A DNA stretch of 64,000 nt from Octopus vulgaris (GCA_951406725.2 OX597815.1:45260001-45324000), one strand, 5' to 3'; numbered from the stretch's first letter, positions 13,376 to 27,154 are shown. The notes: generated by a model not told the origin, from the sequence alone. Made by a program: numbers and translations.

Positions 13376-14220
13376 TCGTATTTTCCGGCGTATAAGACGC
13401 ACCTTCTATTTTACAAGTGGAAAAAAAGAAAAACAAATGTATTATGTTTCACCATACACCTATTGAAAGATACTCTAAAGTGGACTTTTCTTTTGAAAGA
13501 AAATGTATGATTCTGTGTACGTAAATTCAATACTGTGACATGTAAATACAACACAGTGATCGTAAACTGGAATTAAGTATGACATCATAAATTTATTATA
13601 AATAAATACGTTATGGGAGTACCGTATATCAACTTTATCTTCTTTCAGATCAACTGTATAATTGTTTATATTTTCGTCAAGAGAAATACCATACCGGATA
13701 TAAAACTCGTATTTTTGGCTATGATGTTTTGTGGCACCACTATTGTCCATCAGGGTGGCACACCACCTCTCTGGTTTTGTTGTCATTGTAAATAACTGTC
13801 AGGTGAATGAAATTATAATATTCCTTTCATTTTTGTTGGTGAATTTTCATTTAGATAATTAGAAAATGCTTCTTAAAGGTAACATAGTCATTAAATAGTG
13901 TAAAACACATATCAGGTATGGGTTATGTACGCTGAGGAAAAAAGGTATAATAAGATGGTGTTACTTTCCTACACAATTGCCAGAGTACCGTAGGCAATTT
14001 TTTCGCACGTTTGTCCTCACAGGCTGCAATGATTTAGCTTTGTTACCAATATTTTATTATAAGTAACAATTACTGTACCTAGCGAAGTAATACTCACCCA
14101 GCTCCTTAGCCTGTAACTCTCGGTCTCTCATCCGTAGTACGACCGTATTTCGAAGCAGTGTAGCGTTTTAGTACGTTTCAAAATTTAAAAAATTCGTATC
14201 ATATACGCCGGTAAATACGG
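13376..14220. mobile_element. pogo/Tigger-like non-autonomous element
   Basis: TA|TCGTATTTTCCGGCGTATA ... TATACGCCGGTAAATACGG|TA TIRs; related single end at ~8920. Confidence 0.7.
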
Positions 14221-15339
14221 TATATTTTAGAAACTTATAGTAAGCCAGCAGTCGTTAGAAAACAAACTATACAACATAACTACAGTGTTTTGTGGGGCGA
14301 AGTGACGGCTTGAATAAAGAAGAAATGGCAGTGCTCATTATCCTTTTCAGGACTTCTGTAAATAGCAGGAAGAAGCGATTCTTAGCACAGAAACTAAGTT
14401 TGAATGCTTGCAAATAATTGAAAAGTCCCTTACGACAGGCTTCCGAACAATTTCCCTCAGCCAAATTTCACTTACCAGGGTTTGGTCCATTCGAGGATAT
14501 CTTATAAAGCATTCGCCTGAGACACTTAAATTAAAGTTGAATCCGTGACTACGTATTTATGAAGCAAACTTCTTAGCTACATCTTCATTTAATGGCAATC
14601 TAAATGTAGATGGATGTAAAAGGGTATGGTAAAGGTAGAAAATAGCTATAACCTTCAAGCAAGAGCAGGAATGTGTCCACTGCTGAAAGTAACCCTCTTT
14701 CCTAAAGATACACCTTTTACTTGTTTCAGTCATTAGACTGTGGCCACTTTTAGTCGACGCCAGAATTCTTTATTTTTACTTGTTGCAGTTATTACGCTGC
14801 GACCATGCTGAAGCATCACCTTGAAGAATTTTTAGTCGACTGTATCGACGCCAGAATTTTTTAATATTTATACTTGTTGCTGCAGCTATTAGACTGTGGC
14901 CATGCTGGGGCACCACCTTGAAGAATTTTTAGTCGCTGAAAAATCAGCATTTTAAAATTTAAATTTAAAGTCATTTGTTTTCTTCTCTCAAAACTTATAG
15001 AATAATGAGAATGAGCTGACCTTTTGAACTTTCTCCGGCCGTTGAAGGTCTAACAGAATTATGACACCGAAGTCTAGTCATTCAAACGTACTTCTTATCG
15101 TTTTTATGTTTCTTCACATTTCTTGAAGTAGATGCATTCCCTTTCGTTAGAGTTCATACAATATGCACGTCGAGTAGTAAAAAGTCTTGTGTTCTGTTAC
15201 TCTATTCTACTTATCTATTTTCGAATGAATATATTTTGTTTACTTAAAAATTGGAATTTTGGAAAATAAAAGGGTTTTTTTTTACAACCGCGATTTCCGT
15301 TTTTGCTTACATGAAATTATAAAGAAAGACACTTTTTAA

Positions 15340-15790
15340 AGATTTGGCTGTTATTTATAGCATGTGGAGTGACCTTCTAAGCTTAACTTCATGTGCTGGT
15401 TGAAAATCACCTAAAAAAGATTCTGAGGTCGATACATTAGACTAAAAATTCCACAAGGCGGTGCCACAGCATGGCTGAAGTCCAATGACTGAAACAAGTA
15501 AAAAGAGTTTTAGAATTTTTTTTTTTAAATTGAAGAATAACCAAAATAAAAAATATATAACCACCGAGGGGCTTATAAAAATTTTTCAAGTGGTTTGGCT
15601 GTTATTTCTAGCATGTGGAGAGACCTTCTAGGCTTAACTTCATGCGCTGGTTGAAAATCATTAAAAAATAATTTGGGGTCGATACATTCTCAAAAAATGT
15701 CTCAAGGTGATGCCCCAGCATGGCCACAGTCTAATGACTGCAACAAGTAAAAAGAAAAAATAACCGAAAAATATAACCGTGGGGGCTTTT
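15340..15790 (+). repeat. Diverged tandem duplication (~250-bp unit) containing SINE tail
   Basis: TTTGGCTGTTATTT.TAGCATGTGGAG.GACCTTCTA.GCTTAACTTCATG at ~15343 and ~15594. Confidence 0.8.
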
Positions 15791-17402
15791 GTCCATTTTC
15801 TTACTTTAACTATTGGGCTTTTGTCCACTTTCACACTTTAGCTATGGGGCTTTTGTCCGGATCCCTAAAGATACAGTGCATCTCGCAGATCGCGAGTCCG
15901 GTTTTCTATGTCAATGGTTTCCAGATTATTTTATACTTGTGTAACACATTAGAGCAAATAAAAATACCTTGATGTAATTTGCCTGAAGTTAAAAGAAACA
16001 CACACACACATATTTATGAGCTATTATCCTGAGGATTGCGTGAAGGCATCAGACGTGTTGAAGAATGATGTCTGACAAAAAAGTCACAGTAATAAAGTCA
16101 CAATTTTGGCTAGGAAAAAAGTCGCGATTAATTTATGGGATCTGGCCAAAATCCCCCTAGGACAAATTGCCTCGGATGACTCCCTCCCGAAGAAAACCCC
16201 TGTAACTTTTTTCCATGACTTTTTTCCTGTGACTTTTTATTTTTACCAGGATTCGAGCTGTTTTCATAACATGAAACTAATAGCAACTCATAAAAACATA
16301 TATTGTGTTTATTAAATAATATTTATCTCTCACCAGATGGAGTACTTTTATTATTGACCTTACCATCACGGAACAGTACACTATATACATATATATTCCC
16401 TATTTAAACCACGGAAACTTATTGAGTACTTTACTTCATTCACTTTGTAATGAGAAGTTCAGCTTGAATTTTTCACATCGTTTGATATAGCTTAACTATA
16501 TACGGAGTGTACCTAACCATCCCCCACGGCAATAATGAGCCGAACCGTACTGTTACGGAGGCACTAGTGTGTAGTATATTACTTAGTTACAGGTTTACCT
16601 TAATATTTTACACCATATTTCTGTGACATCAACTGAAGTTCATGCGTAATCCTCGGACGACTAAGAATTCTTACCGAAACAATGCAAATCGAATTTTATT
16701 TGTTCGAACAAGGAAGCAACAGATATAAATGCTTCCAACAAGGAAGCAACAGATAAAAATGTCTTGCAAAGACGGAACTTTTGCACCGAAAAAAGTACTT
16801 GATTCAATATTTAAAAACCATTAAATAATAGTATTATCTATACTTTATAAGTATATTGACGCAGTCAGCTATCTTAATATTTATCACATTTATTTATATA
16901 ACACCCAGACGAGTTCTTGAACCAAGATCTATTTATATTTATAGTCATTGTGTACTGAGTAACATTTACATTTTGTATGTCAGCCTTTTTATGTCATTTA
17001 AGAAGAATGAAATTATTTTTAACATATATTTTTTTATCAGTTACTTCCTTGATATAAACTTATTTTTTAGAGCCTCTCTCATTATTTCTTTAACGTCCTC
17101 TTCACACTTTGGAATGTGTCTGTACAAATATAACGAGTGCATGTCTGTTTGTGTTTGAGAGAGATAGACAGATAGATATATAGACAGACAGACAGATAGA
17201 TAGTGAGAGAGAGAGATTGTATGTGTGTGTTTTGTGTGTATGAGAGAGTGTGCGTGTGTGTATATATGCACTTTTATATATGCACGTTTATTTAGTTTTT
17301 CATAACTAAAATGAAATATTACATATACTCCAATGTTTAAATAAGACGTGTGCTATTGAAAAAAATTTAAATATTTATGGTTTTTAATTATTGATTAACC
17401 AT

Positions 17403-18010
17403 AGGTGCAGGTATGATTGTATGGTTAAAAAGTTCGCTTTGCTACCACACGGCTTCGAGTTCAGTCCACTGCGCGGCATCTTGGGTAGGTGCTCGCTGCT
17501 GTAACCCCAAGTCTATCAATGCCTTCTGAATGAATTTGATAGATGGAAACTGGATATTTATGTATATGTATTACATTGACCCCCCCCACCCAGTGTTCAA
17601 CTGCTACTTATTTTATCGATCTCGGAAGGATGATACGCAAAGTCGACCTCGGTGGCATTTGAACTCGTAAGGTAAAACTAGTAGAAATGCCGTTAAGCAG
17701 TTTTTTTCTGCCGTACTAACGCTTCTGCCAACTCACCGCCTTTCAAAGATTTAATATAAAAAAATTGCGTTTACAGAAATATGGATATATGCAGGTTTAC
17801 AAATTTTGTGTTTGTGTTCGCTCTCTACCACTGCTTGTCAACCGCTGAGAGTTTCTTTACAACCTCGTAACATAGTGGTCCAGAAAAAAGAGAACGATAA
17901 AACAATTACCCGACTTAAAAGATTAGTACTAAGGTCGATTTGTTCGTCGAAACCCTTCAAGGCGGTGCCCCAGCATGGCTGCAGTCTAATGACAGACACA
18001 GGTTGAAAAT
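17403..18010 (+). mobile_element. SINE family C (GGCGCAGG...CCACATGGTTCCGGGTTCAGTCC head plus TTGACAACCG...GACTGAAACAAG tail) with nested family A copy (17580-17742, -)
   Basis: Other head copies at 22360, 31676, 38978(-), 29218(-); other tail copies at 22625, 24940, 25995(-), 32740, 38680(-), 50870(-), 52630(-), 59710(-). Confidence 0.7.
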
Positions 18011-18709
18011 AAGAGACGGTTAACATTCTTTCCACTATAGGCCCAAGACGTGAAACAGTCGGGGAGGTGGAATCAATTTCATTGACCCCAGTTCTCAACT
18101 ACAACTTATTTCATGATGAGAGGCAAGTGGATCTCGGCTGCATTTGAACTCAGAAATGCCGCTGAGCGTTCTTTCCGATGAAGTAGTGTTTCTGCTTGCT
18201 CGCTGCCTTTACGAGACGATTAAAATAGTAAAAAAGATTTTCAGAAATATGAATATATGCAGGTTTACAAATTTCAGGCAGTATAAATTAGCAGTGAATT
18301 TAATTTTGACTTTGATTAGGATAACAATACTCAATGTCCAAGTAGGCCAAGATAAGTATTTCTCAGGCATGATTAGGCCAACACCACCGCAATAGCACTA
18401 CTAGCAATAGAAAAGAATCTCTGAAGCTACGTATTTCTCATGCATCATACACTTCCGTACATTCGTTATTTGAACCTATTTATAAATTAAAAATTTACAA
18501 ATAAAGATGAACAGGCGGAAGATAATTCCTGGGATGAGGTAGACAGCATTATTGAAGTTAAATAAGAATATTAAATTTAAGTAAATAATGAACCGTCCAA
18601 AACGATCATGTGTATGTATTTGTGTATTCATGCGACATTACTGAACTTGCAATATCTATCTAACTATATTAGCTAGCAGCAGAGCTTTGCTTAGCATGCT
18701 ACGCCAGTA

Positions 18710-18773
18710 GGTACTTGCTACTGATGAAGCTCAAAAAAGCAGAAATGTGGATTTGGCAATACCACTGCCACAC
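18710..18773 (+). ncRNA. Probable type I hammerhead ribozyme (slightly decayed)
   Basis: GGTA(C)TTGCTA-CTGATGA-AGCT-CAAAA-AGCA-GAAAT-GTGG-ATT-TGGCAATACC: 10-bp stem I, AUU site. Confidence 0.55.
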
Positions 18774-18920
18774 CTGGATGATTTTCCCTTACTGTTGCTG
18801 CTGCTTTATTTCTGTCTTTTAACATTATATGTTTATAATATATGCTTTCTCAAGACTAATGCTGCAGTTCAAAAGGCTTTCAACAGTATATATGCGTTAA
18901 ATATGATATATAAATCACCA

Positions 18921-18955
<35 letters not shown>

Positions 18956-19590
18956 TGTATGTATGTATGTATGTATGTATGTATGTATGTATGTATTCGT
19001 CTGTGTGTGCAGAATAGACACACATCTGCTCCTCTGAGCACATCTTAAGTTATCGAAACAGAAATTTTTGACAGTGAGTGCTCGATAACAAATTATTAAT
19101 TAATTAGAGCTATGTTAAAGGTCTATATATAAGAAATAAGACGAAAGAAAAGCCAGACTATCTCCCAAGCAGTGTGTATTATCTTACAAAGGCAATGGCT
19201 AACGTTTCTTTGCTTTGGGCGTGACACATCAGTTAGCGTTGTGATTCCGTTGACTATATGACACACCTAGAACAATAACTTCAAAAAGCAAGCGGGACAA
19301 ACAGTAGGGACTGAACAAACGAATGTAAATTACCTCATCGGTGCTTGACCGTGAGAAATCTAAAATTTTAAAATATCCAGGTGTGATTTATGTAAAAAAA
19401 AAAAAAAAATAGATGTACATGTTTTTCACAGTTTGAGAATTCAAGTAGTTTTACAATTCCCTCTAGGAATATTTGAACTATTTGATATTAGTACTGTGAA
19501 ATGTTTTTATTGAATGACGGAGTATGATAATAAAGCTGTTAGGAAAATTAATTCGATACCCACGTTTGGTTCACATTATTTGAAGTCTTA

Positions 19591-20058
19591 GATCTTTACC
19601 TTTTGACCGACAGATTTCAAAAATAATTTTTTGTAACTAAACACTTTCAAACTTCGGACACTGGTAGATTGTGTCTTATAAAACATCTTTTACTCTTAGC
19701 ATTTTTGAGAAAAACTTATATTTACGAAGTTATTTCACGTTAAAGTTCTCGTATTTCAGTAATTTCAACCAATCGATGACGTGTATTCAGCTGAATAAAA
19801 TTACTGCCGTTGTTTGTCAACAACAACTATCGGCGGTGTATTTTGTGTTTGTCACTGTTATTCATGACATTCTTCGTGCGTTTGTACTGGTTTTAGCTTT
19901 AAGGTTTTAGGGTTAGCGTTTTAGGGTTAGGGTGTTAGGGTTTGGGTTTTAGGGTTAGGTTAGAGTTTTAGGGTTACGGGGTTAGGGTTAGGATTAGGGT
20001 TAAGGTTTTAGGGTTAGGGTTGTCATAAATAACAGTGACAGACGAAATATATACCGCC
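19591..20058 (+). mobile_element. GATCTTT-terminus foldback MITE (right arm mostly lost) with telomere-like core
   Basis: Left end homologous to the 23149 MITE; inner inverted repeats 19832-19869 / 20021-20058 bracket the TTAGGG tract. Confidence 0.7.
19893..20020 (+). repeat. Interstitial (TTAGGG)/(TTTTAGGG) telomere-like repeat
   Basis: About a dozen perfect or degenerate TTAGGG units. Confidence 0.9.
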
Positions 20059-20092
20059 TCATATAGCACCATATATGAGGTGTTGGTTCAAA

Positions 20093-20678
20093 GGCGGCGA
20101 GCTGGCAGGATCGTTATCACGCCGGGCGAAATGCTTAGTGGCTTTCGTCCATCTTCACGTTCTGAATTCAAATTCCTCCGAGATTAAGTTTACCTTTCAT
20201 CCTTTCGGGATCGATAAAATAAGTACCAGTTGAGTACTAGGGTCGATGGTGGCGAGCTGGCAGGCTCGTTAGCACGCCGGGCGAAATGCTTAGCAACTTT
20301 CTTCCATCTTCACTTTCTGAGTTCAAATTCCTCCGTGATCAAGTTTACCTTTCATCCTTTCGGGATCGATAAAATAAGTACCAGTTGACTACTGGAGTCG
20401 ATGGAATCGACTTACTCCTCTACCGAAATAACTGGCTTTGTGCCAAAATTTGAAATCAGTAAGAGGTTTAGGCAAGCGAGCTGGCAGAATGGTTAGCACG
20501 CCGGGAAAAATGCTTAGCTGCATTTCATCCGTCTTTATATTCTGAGTTCAAATTCCGCTATGGTCGACTTTATCTTTCGGAGGTCGATAAAATAAGTACC
20601 AGTTGAAAACTGGGGTCGATGTAATCGACTTACTCCTCCCCTAAAATTGCTTGTCTTGTGCATAAATTTGAAACCAAT
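20093..20678 (+). mobile_element. Three head-to-tail SINE family A copies
   Basis: Heads at 20093, 20248 and 20471; AGGTGTTGGT flanks the cluster. Confidence 0.85.
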
Positions 20679-21498
20679 ACCAGGTGTTGGTGCTTTTAAA
20701 AATGGAGTGGATTCAACGGCTTGATATGCAAGTATTTGGTTTTTGTGTGTGTTTTCTTTTATTGTTTTTGTGTAACTTTAGACTTTAGCTTATAACACCA
20801 TTTTATGGTGATGTGGCAAGGAATAACTTTCATGTGGTTTAATGAATTATGCTTTCCCTACTTATAAAAGCAAAAGGTACAAACTTCAAGCTAATGGTTT
20901 TGTCACCGTGTTACTAGCAAGAGAAGTATGTCACCATCTAGATAATTTGCCGCCATAATCACAATCTACTTACGTAACTAAATATTACGCAAACTTGATC
21001 CGTATTAAAATTCTGCCGTAAAAGATGCTTAATGTTGTTTTAAAATTCCGCTTTTGATTTGATATTTATATTTATTTATGCTGTGAATAATAAAAGAAAC
21101 AAAAGATTAGCAATAGTTGTCAAGAAGTTAGGTATAAGGTGTCACAGCAGGCGATGAGTCATGAGTAAGTATTAGATATCAGAGATATATTAGGTGTCAT
21201 ACATCAAGGTTTTAAAAATGAACCATAAACTAATTTAGTCAGGTCTGTCGAAACAAACTGTTTGATAAGACAGCTTATCTTTGAAGAGGTCACAATGCAG
21301 ATTTATTCAAATACTGCCTGTAATATATTTTAAGTCACGCAAATATTACATCTTTATTGTATTTCTAATAATTGGATCTCTTGTTTACAATTTCCATATG
21401 ATACATATTCCAATTATGAGAAAGAACTTCAGCAAAAAAGATAGCTCCGGTGAAGGGCTTCTTATGATTTCTAAAGTAAATTAGGTCCTCACATAAAG

Positions 21499-21728
21499 CA
21501 GGCATGAGCAATCTCTTTTCAGATACGAGGCCTCATGAGACATGGCTAGTCATCAGAAGGGCCGCACTGCTAAAAATATTCAAGGTAATTTTTCGTTAGA
21601 CGTGCCTTTAAGAAAGTTCTGCGAGCCGCATACTGTTCTACTAAAAAAAATTTTTTTTCTTTATGCGTGCCATTCAAAAAGTCTCACGAGCCGCATGCGG
21701 CCCGGTGGTCGTAGTTTTCTCATGATTA
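21499..21728. mobile_element. hAT-Charlie-type MITE
   Basis: CAGGCATGAGCAA start; GAGCCGCATGCGGCCC...GTAGTTTTCTCATG end. Confidence 0.55.
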
Positions 21729-21893
21729 ACCTACAGTTTCAAACTGCAAAACAAAAGCACACTTTACATTTCTTTCATTTTATTGTCGTCATTTACCCCC
21801 AGATCAATCCTATGTCCCAGAACAACCAGTGATGACCATCTCGCTTCTTTCTTTCCGTCTTTCTGTCTTTCTTTCTGTCTTTCTTTCTTTCTG

Positions 21894-21929
<36 letters not shown>

Positions 21930-23059
21930 TTCTGACATGGTTTATCGAACACGGCATTAACCTAGTAACCTTTTAAAAGGCGATAAGGTAGTGGACATTT
22001 CATTGCTACTTCTAGCAGGTCAAATGACCATGTCTCAGTTGACATTCTCTTGAATTTGAAAACTATGAGTTGTAATACTTGACTACCTTGTGTCTCGTAA
22101 CACTGTCTTTTATTTGTGTTCTTAGAGCAGCATGCCCAACTAATCTGAATCTATTTATCTAGATCAGTGGTTTTCAACCATTTTTTTAATCTATGGACCC
22201 CTTCGATTACTATGTTACTTTGATGGACCCCTATAGTTATTCGATGCTTAAAAGCTAGTTTTATAGATACTTCTTTTGAAATTCCTATTTTCAAAAACTT
22301 CACACTCGGAATTCATGACAAAACTTTTTACGAAATTGTATAATTCCTTTGTTAATGCATGCAGTTATGGCTTATATAGTTAAGAAGCTCACTTTGCAAC
22401 CACCTGATATTGGGTTCAGTATCACTACGCAGCACTTTGGGCAAAGTGTCTTCTACTATTGTCCCGGGCCGACCAAAGCCTTGTGAATGAATTTGATAGG
22501 TGAAAAGTTTGTGGAAGCGAATATATGTATGTATGCATGCATGCAAGCATGTATGTATGTATGTATGTATGTATGTATGTATGTATGTATGTATGTATGT
22601 ATGTATGTATATATATTTGTTCGTGTCTTTGTGTTTATGTTTATCCTGTCACTGCCTGACAACTGGTGTTGGTTTGTTTACGTCCCCATGCCATAGCGGT
22701 TGGCCAAAAACCAGAGACCGATAGAATAAGTACCAGACTTAGAAGAAAATAATTGAGATTGATTTGCTCGACTGAATAATACTGCAAGCTGGTGCCCCAG
22801 TATGGCTGCAGTGTAATGAGTAAAAGAAGTAACGGGCAGAAGCTATGTGCTACAAAATATATTTACGTGTATTTGTATTCATGAGTTAAGCATATTGTAT
22901 TAATCTATGGTTTTATGTTGTGTATGGGCAGAGGCATGCGAAACTAAACAGAGGAGGTGCTTGAGATTAATGCCATTAATGAGAAAATTAATTTTGAGTA
23001 GACGGCGTACGTTTACTGTTCGGAAAAGAGGCATGTTGTAAAATGGAAGAGAAATACAA

Positions 23060-23910
23060 TAGAACACAACATATCGATTTCCACTGTTGGTCAAGAGGAG
23101 TTTCAGGTCTTATAATATCAGACATTCTCACCCAGGTAACCCATCCGGGGATCTTTTCCTTTTGATGGACGGAATTTTCTAGTTAACTAAACAATTTGAA
23201 ACTTCATATACTGGTAGAATGTGTCAAAAGAAAACATTATTGTAAACAAAATTGAAAACAAAATTGTAATTTGTAAGTTTAACGTAGTTTAATTCTTCGA
23301 ATTTTAACCAATGAAATGCCAGCATTTACGTGTGTACGTGTGTATGTATCTGAATATATGTGTGTGTGTATGCGGCGTGCGTCGGCTATGTTTGTTTATC
23401 AATATCGATAACGCAGCAAATGATTTGAGCTCAAATGCTGGCATTTCATTGGTTAAAATTCGAAGAATTAAACTACGTTAAACTTACAAATTACAATTTT
23501 GTTTACAATAATGTTTTCTTTTGACACATTCTAACAGTATACGAAGTTTCAAATTGTTTAGTTTACTACAAAATTCCGTCCATCAAAAGGAAAAGTTCCC
23601 CATCCGGAATTGATCAAGCCTCAGTTTGTGTCCATTTAGCACTGCCCCTTTTATGGCTCATACCACAGCCACCTTAAAGTAATCTCTGCTGCCTCCACAG
23701 CCAGCTGGTGGCCTTCTGCTACTGTCATGCCAAGTATGTTGTAAGCTCTTTAGAAGGACTGGCCTACTAATCCTCTACAGCCCACCTGGTTGGGAATCAT
23801 ACCTTGCTGCAACCTATTGCTTCGGATCAGCTTCTCTAGCTCAGCATATTTTGATCCCCTTCCTCTTGTTAGCCTCTTCGATACGGTCCTCCCAGAGAAC
23901 AGAGAGTGAA
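23060..23910 (-). mobile_element. Hero-like RLE non-LTR retrotransposon 3' end, interrupted by a MITE
   Basis: Minus-strand translation VLWEDRIEEANKRK/KYAELEK...QVGCRGLVGQSF*RAYNILG...EAAEITLRWLW, the restriction-like endonuclease C-terminus. Confidence 0.8.
23149..23599. mobile_element. Foldback MITE (Mutator-like) with ~170-bp TIRs
   Basis: GGATCTTTTCCTTTTGATGGACGG...CCGTCCATCAAAAGGAAAAGTTCC; TSD CCATCCGG (23141-48, 23600-07). Confidence 0.9.
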
Positions 23911-24554
23911 GTATCGCACAGAAAAAGAAACAGAAACCGAATGAAGGTAAAAACAACAAAACACTGGAAGATCTTAATAATGTTAAAAGAAAAAGTTTGT
24001 TGATCATGCGATCTAGGTTTAGCAATTAATGAAAGTGAGGAGGAGTGTTGTCAATTATTATATATAACAGTACTCCACTGTCGGGTGTATTAGGGAATTG
24101 CAGCATTTAAATTATTCAGGCCTAAATTACTATATGGCCTTGAAGAGGAATGTTTTCAGTATTGCATGCATATCTATGAACTCAGCCAATAAATCATTCC
24201 TTCAGGCAGCTATTTAATCACATGCGTACACACACGTATGTATACATACATACTTCATACATATATACATGTGTGTTTATGTGTGTGTGTGTGTGTGCTT
24301 ACATATACAAGCACCCTTCCTTTTATTTCATGGCTGAAGAGAAAATCATTGACCCTTGTAATGTCAAGATGTCCTTTTCGGAGAATATAATTTAACTTTT
24401 TTTTTTCCTTTTTCTACTTCCCTACTTATTTTTCAGTAAGCAAACCGGAGCATGTAGCAGTATAATTTTCTCAGAAGAAATGTTAATGTGTTGAACAGTG
24501 TCAGCCAGCCGTCAGACGTCTGTGAAGTGAGTATACGTGAGCTGAAAGAATGGC

Positions 24555-24556
<2 letters not shown>

Positions 24557-24610
<54 letters not shown>

Positions 24611-24611
24611 T
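24557..24611. repeat. (TAA)n microsatellite
   Basis: Perfect tract. Confidence 0.95.
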
Positions 24612-26045
24612 TTTGAGCGGGATGGGTTACTCGACTAGAAGAAAATTCTAACTGGGCCCCACCTGCAAGGCCATGTGCTGTTTATCTTGATTGGAGATCA
24701 CCATGCCGCGCACATATGGTTGTGATGCATGTGCCTAGTGTACCCTTATCAGACGGGTAGTCATGATGGGTATACTGGGCTTCGTATTCGAATTTGGTGG
24801 GAAACCCAACGTATGTGTATATGTAGGGGTGGGGGTGAATGTATCTATATGTCGTGTATATGTGCCTTTGCGTTTGTACTTGTCACCAACAACTCACCGC
24901 CTCTTGTATATGTGCGCGCGCGTGTATTTGTTTGTTTACGTTTTTGTCCCACACCGCTAGGCATTTGGTGTTGGTTTGATTATTACGTCACGTAACTTAG
25001 CGGCTAGGTAAAAGATGGCGGTAGACTAAGCATTAATCTTATAAAATAAGTACAAGGACTGATTTGTTTGACTAAAATTCTTCCAGGCGATGCTCTAGTA
25101 TGGCCGTAATCCAACGAACTGAAACAAATACAGCACAAAACAAAATATTTGGACGTTTTCATATAAAAAGCAGAGACGAGAAGAAAAGTAAAGAAAGGTA
25201 CACGGAAATTTTGTTTTTCGTCCTTTTTTCTTTTCTTCACTGCTTTCTCTCGTAAACGGACAGTGTCCTAATCATTGAACTTTCCAAATGTTTTCTTTCT
25301 TCCTTTCAGCGAAAACCCAATAACGATATAATCTGTAGACCAATATTTTGGTATTTCTTTATTTTATTTTATTTTATTCCTGAAGTATCTTTTCATCAGA
25401 TTTTTTTTTACAATCTGACTCAAACTTCTAGATTCTCAGATTATACTCAGTGGGATGGAAGAGAGGAAGTGAAACTGAAAGATATAATAAAATCATCCAT
25501 GCAAAGTTCAAGTAGCAGTAATACGAAAGGCGCACCGGCATAAATAAAACAAAAATTTATGTTGTATGGTATTGGATATACCTGTATTTGATTATTGGCC
25601 AAACCATAAGTTTACTTTATATATCAAACTGACATCAAGTGCAACAATACTAAGAAGAATATTAGGAAAGGAACAATCTCATGCAAAGAACAAATTCACT
25701 ATCTTGCATAATTGCATCTTTGAAAATTTGTCTCCCTTACACTTTCAAATTTGTCTCCCTTACATTTTGTGATAATAATTTTCATTAACGCACTATTATT
25801 ATTTTATCTTTTCCTTGTTTCAGTCATTGGACTGCAGCCTTGTTGGGACACCACCTTGAAGAATTTTAGCCGAACGAATCAATCCCAGAACTTATATTTG
25901 GAAGCTTGATACCTATTCTCTTTACTAAACTGCTAAGTTATAGAGTCGCAAGCCAATTGACACAGGTTGTCAAGCGGTAGTTGGGGACAAACACACACAC
26001 ACACACACACACATACACACACACACATGTATATATATATATATA

Positions 26046-27154
26046 TGGGCCCTCTACCAAGTGAAGAACAGGTGATGACATCTATACAACACATAGCTGA
26101 CTCTATCCACAGCAGTATAAAACTTACCATAGACTACCCCTCTAGACACCCCAGTAAACGATTACCCGTCCTAGATACTGAGCTATGGATGGAAGACGCT
26201 ATGGTTAATGGTACCATTAAACCATGTATACTCCACTCACACTATCAGAAACCGATGGCTAATCCACTAGTAATCCGTAGTGACTCAGCTATGTCGGATA
26301 CTGCCAAACTCAACATCCTAGTGGCAGACTTAGTTAGAGTAATGAGGAATGTATCACCACTATGCCAACCACAAGAACGACAACAACACATCCAGCACTA
26401 CATATTCCGAATGCAACGTTCCGGATACACACAAGACGATAGAGTCAGGGTGTACAAAGGAGCGAAAGCTAGATTCGAACGCATTCTAGGGAACGACGAA
26501 AACGGTATATGCCCCCTGTACCGCAACAAGTTCTGGAATAGGTTAGAGAGGGACACCAACAAAAAGATGAGAAACGTTACTTGGTACGATAACAGGAGAT
26601 TTCACGGAGTGATGTTCGTTGACGCCACACCTATGAACGAGCTAAGTAAGGCATTCAAGAAAGTCCTGCGCACTACGGGCCTAAAAGTTAAAGTTGTAGA
26701 AAAGACAGGTAGGACTATCAAATCGGCATTATGCAGATCATATCCATTTGATAGAATCACCTGTCAGAGTAATTGTGCAGTGTGTTCGACAAATCCACAC
26801 GTAAATTGTAAAACCAAGGGCACTGTATACCAGATTAAGTGCCAGGAGGGAGCTTGCGCGGCTAACCCGGAGTCATACATAGGTGAGACCTCTAGAAGCA
26901 TCAATGATAGGTTCAAAGAACACCTGGACAACTACATTGAAAGGAAGCCAAACTCCATCTTCTACCAACATGCTGTAGACTGCCACAAGGGATCCTTAGG
27001 GGAGCTTAAGTTGAACATCCTATCTACACATCCCACCGATGCAATGTTGAGACAGGTCACAGAAGCTGTTTGTATACAAGAATACAAACCTACTCTCAAC
27101 CGAAAGTCCGAATGGAATAACATCCAGATCCCATTCAGAAGGACTATTCTATAA
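26046..27154 (+). CDS. Penelope-like retroelement ORF, 5'-truncated: RT C-terminus/thumb, Cys-rich linker, GIY-YIG endonuclease
   Basis: LPVLDTEL and HYQKP (RT end), CQSNCAVC..NCKTKG linker, GTVYQIKC...YIGETSRSINDRFKEH...EAVCIQEYKPTLN; no stops over ~370 codons; track residues upstream of 26046 are microsatellite. Confidence 0.92.

Noticed and set aside
19893-20020. Chromosome end or fusion site
   Set aside because: Short, degenerate, single orientation and enclosed within MITE inverted repeats
25967-26045. N-terminus of the 395-aa ORF
   Set aside because: SINE tail plus (CA)n/(TA)n read in frame by chance; PLE sequence starts at ~26046
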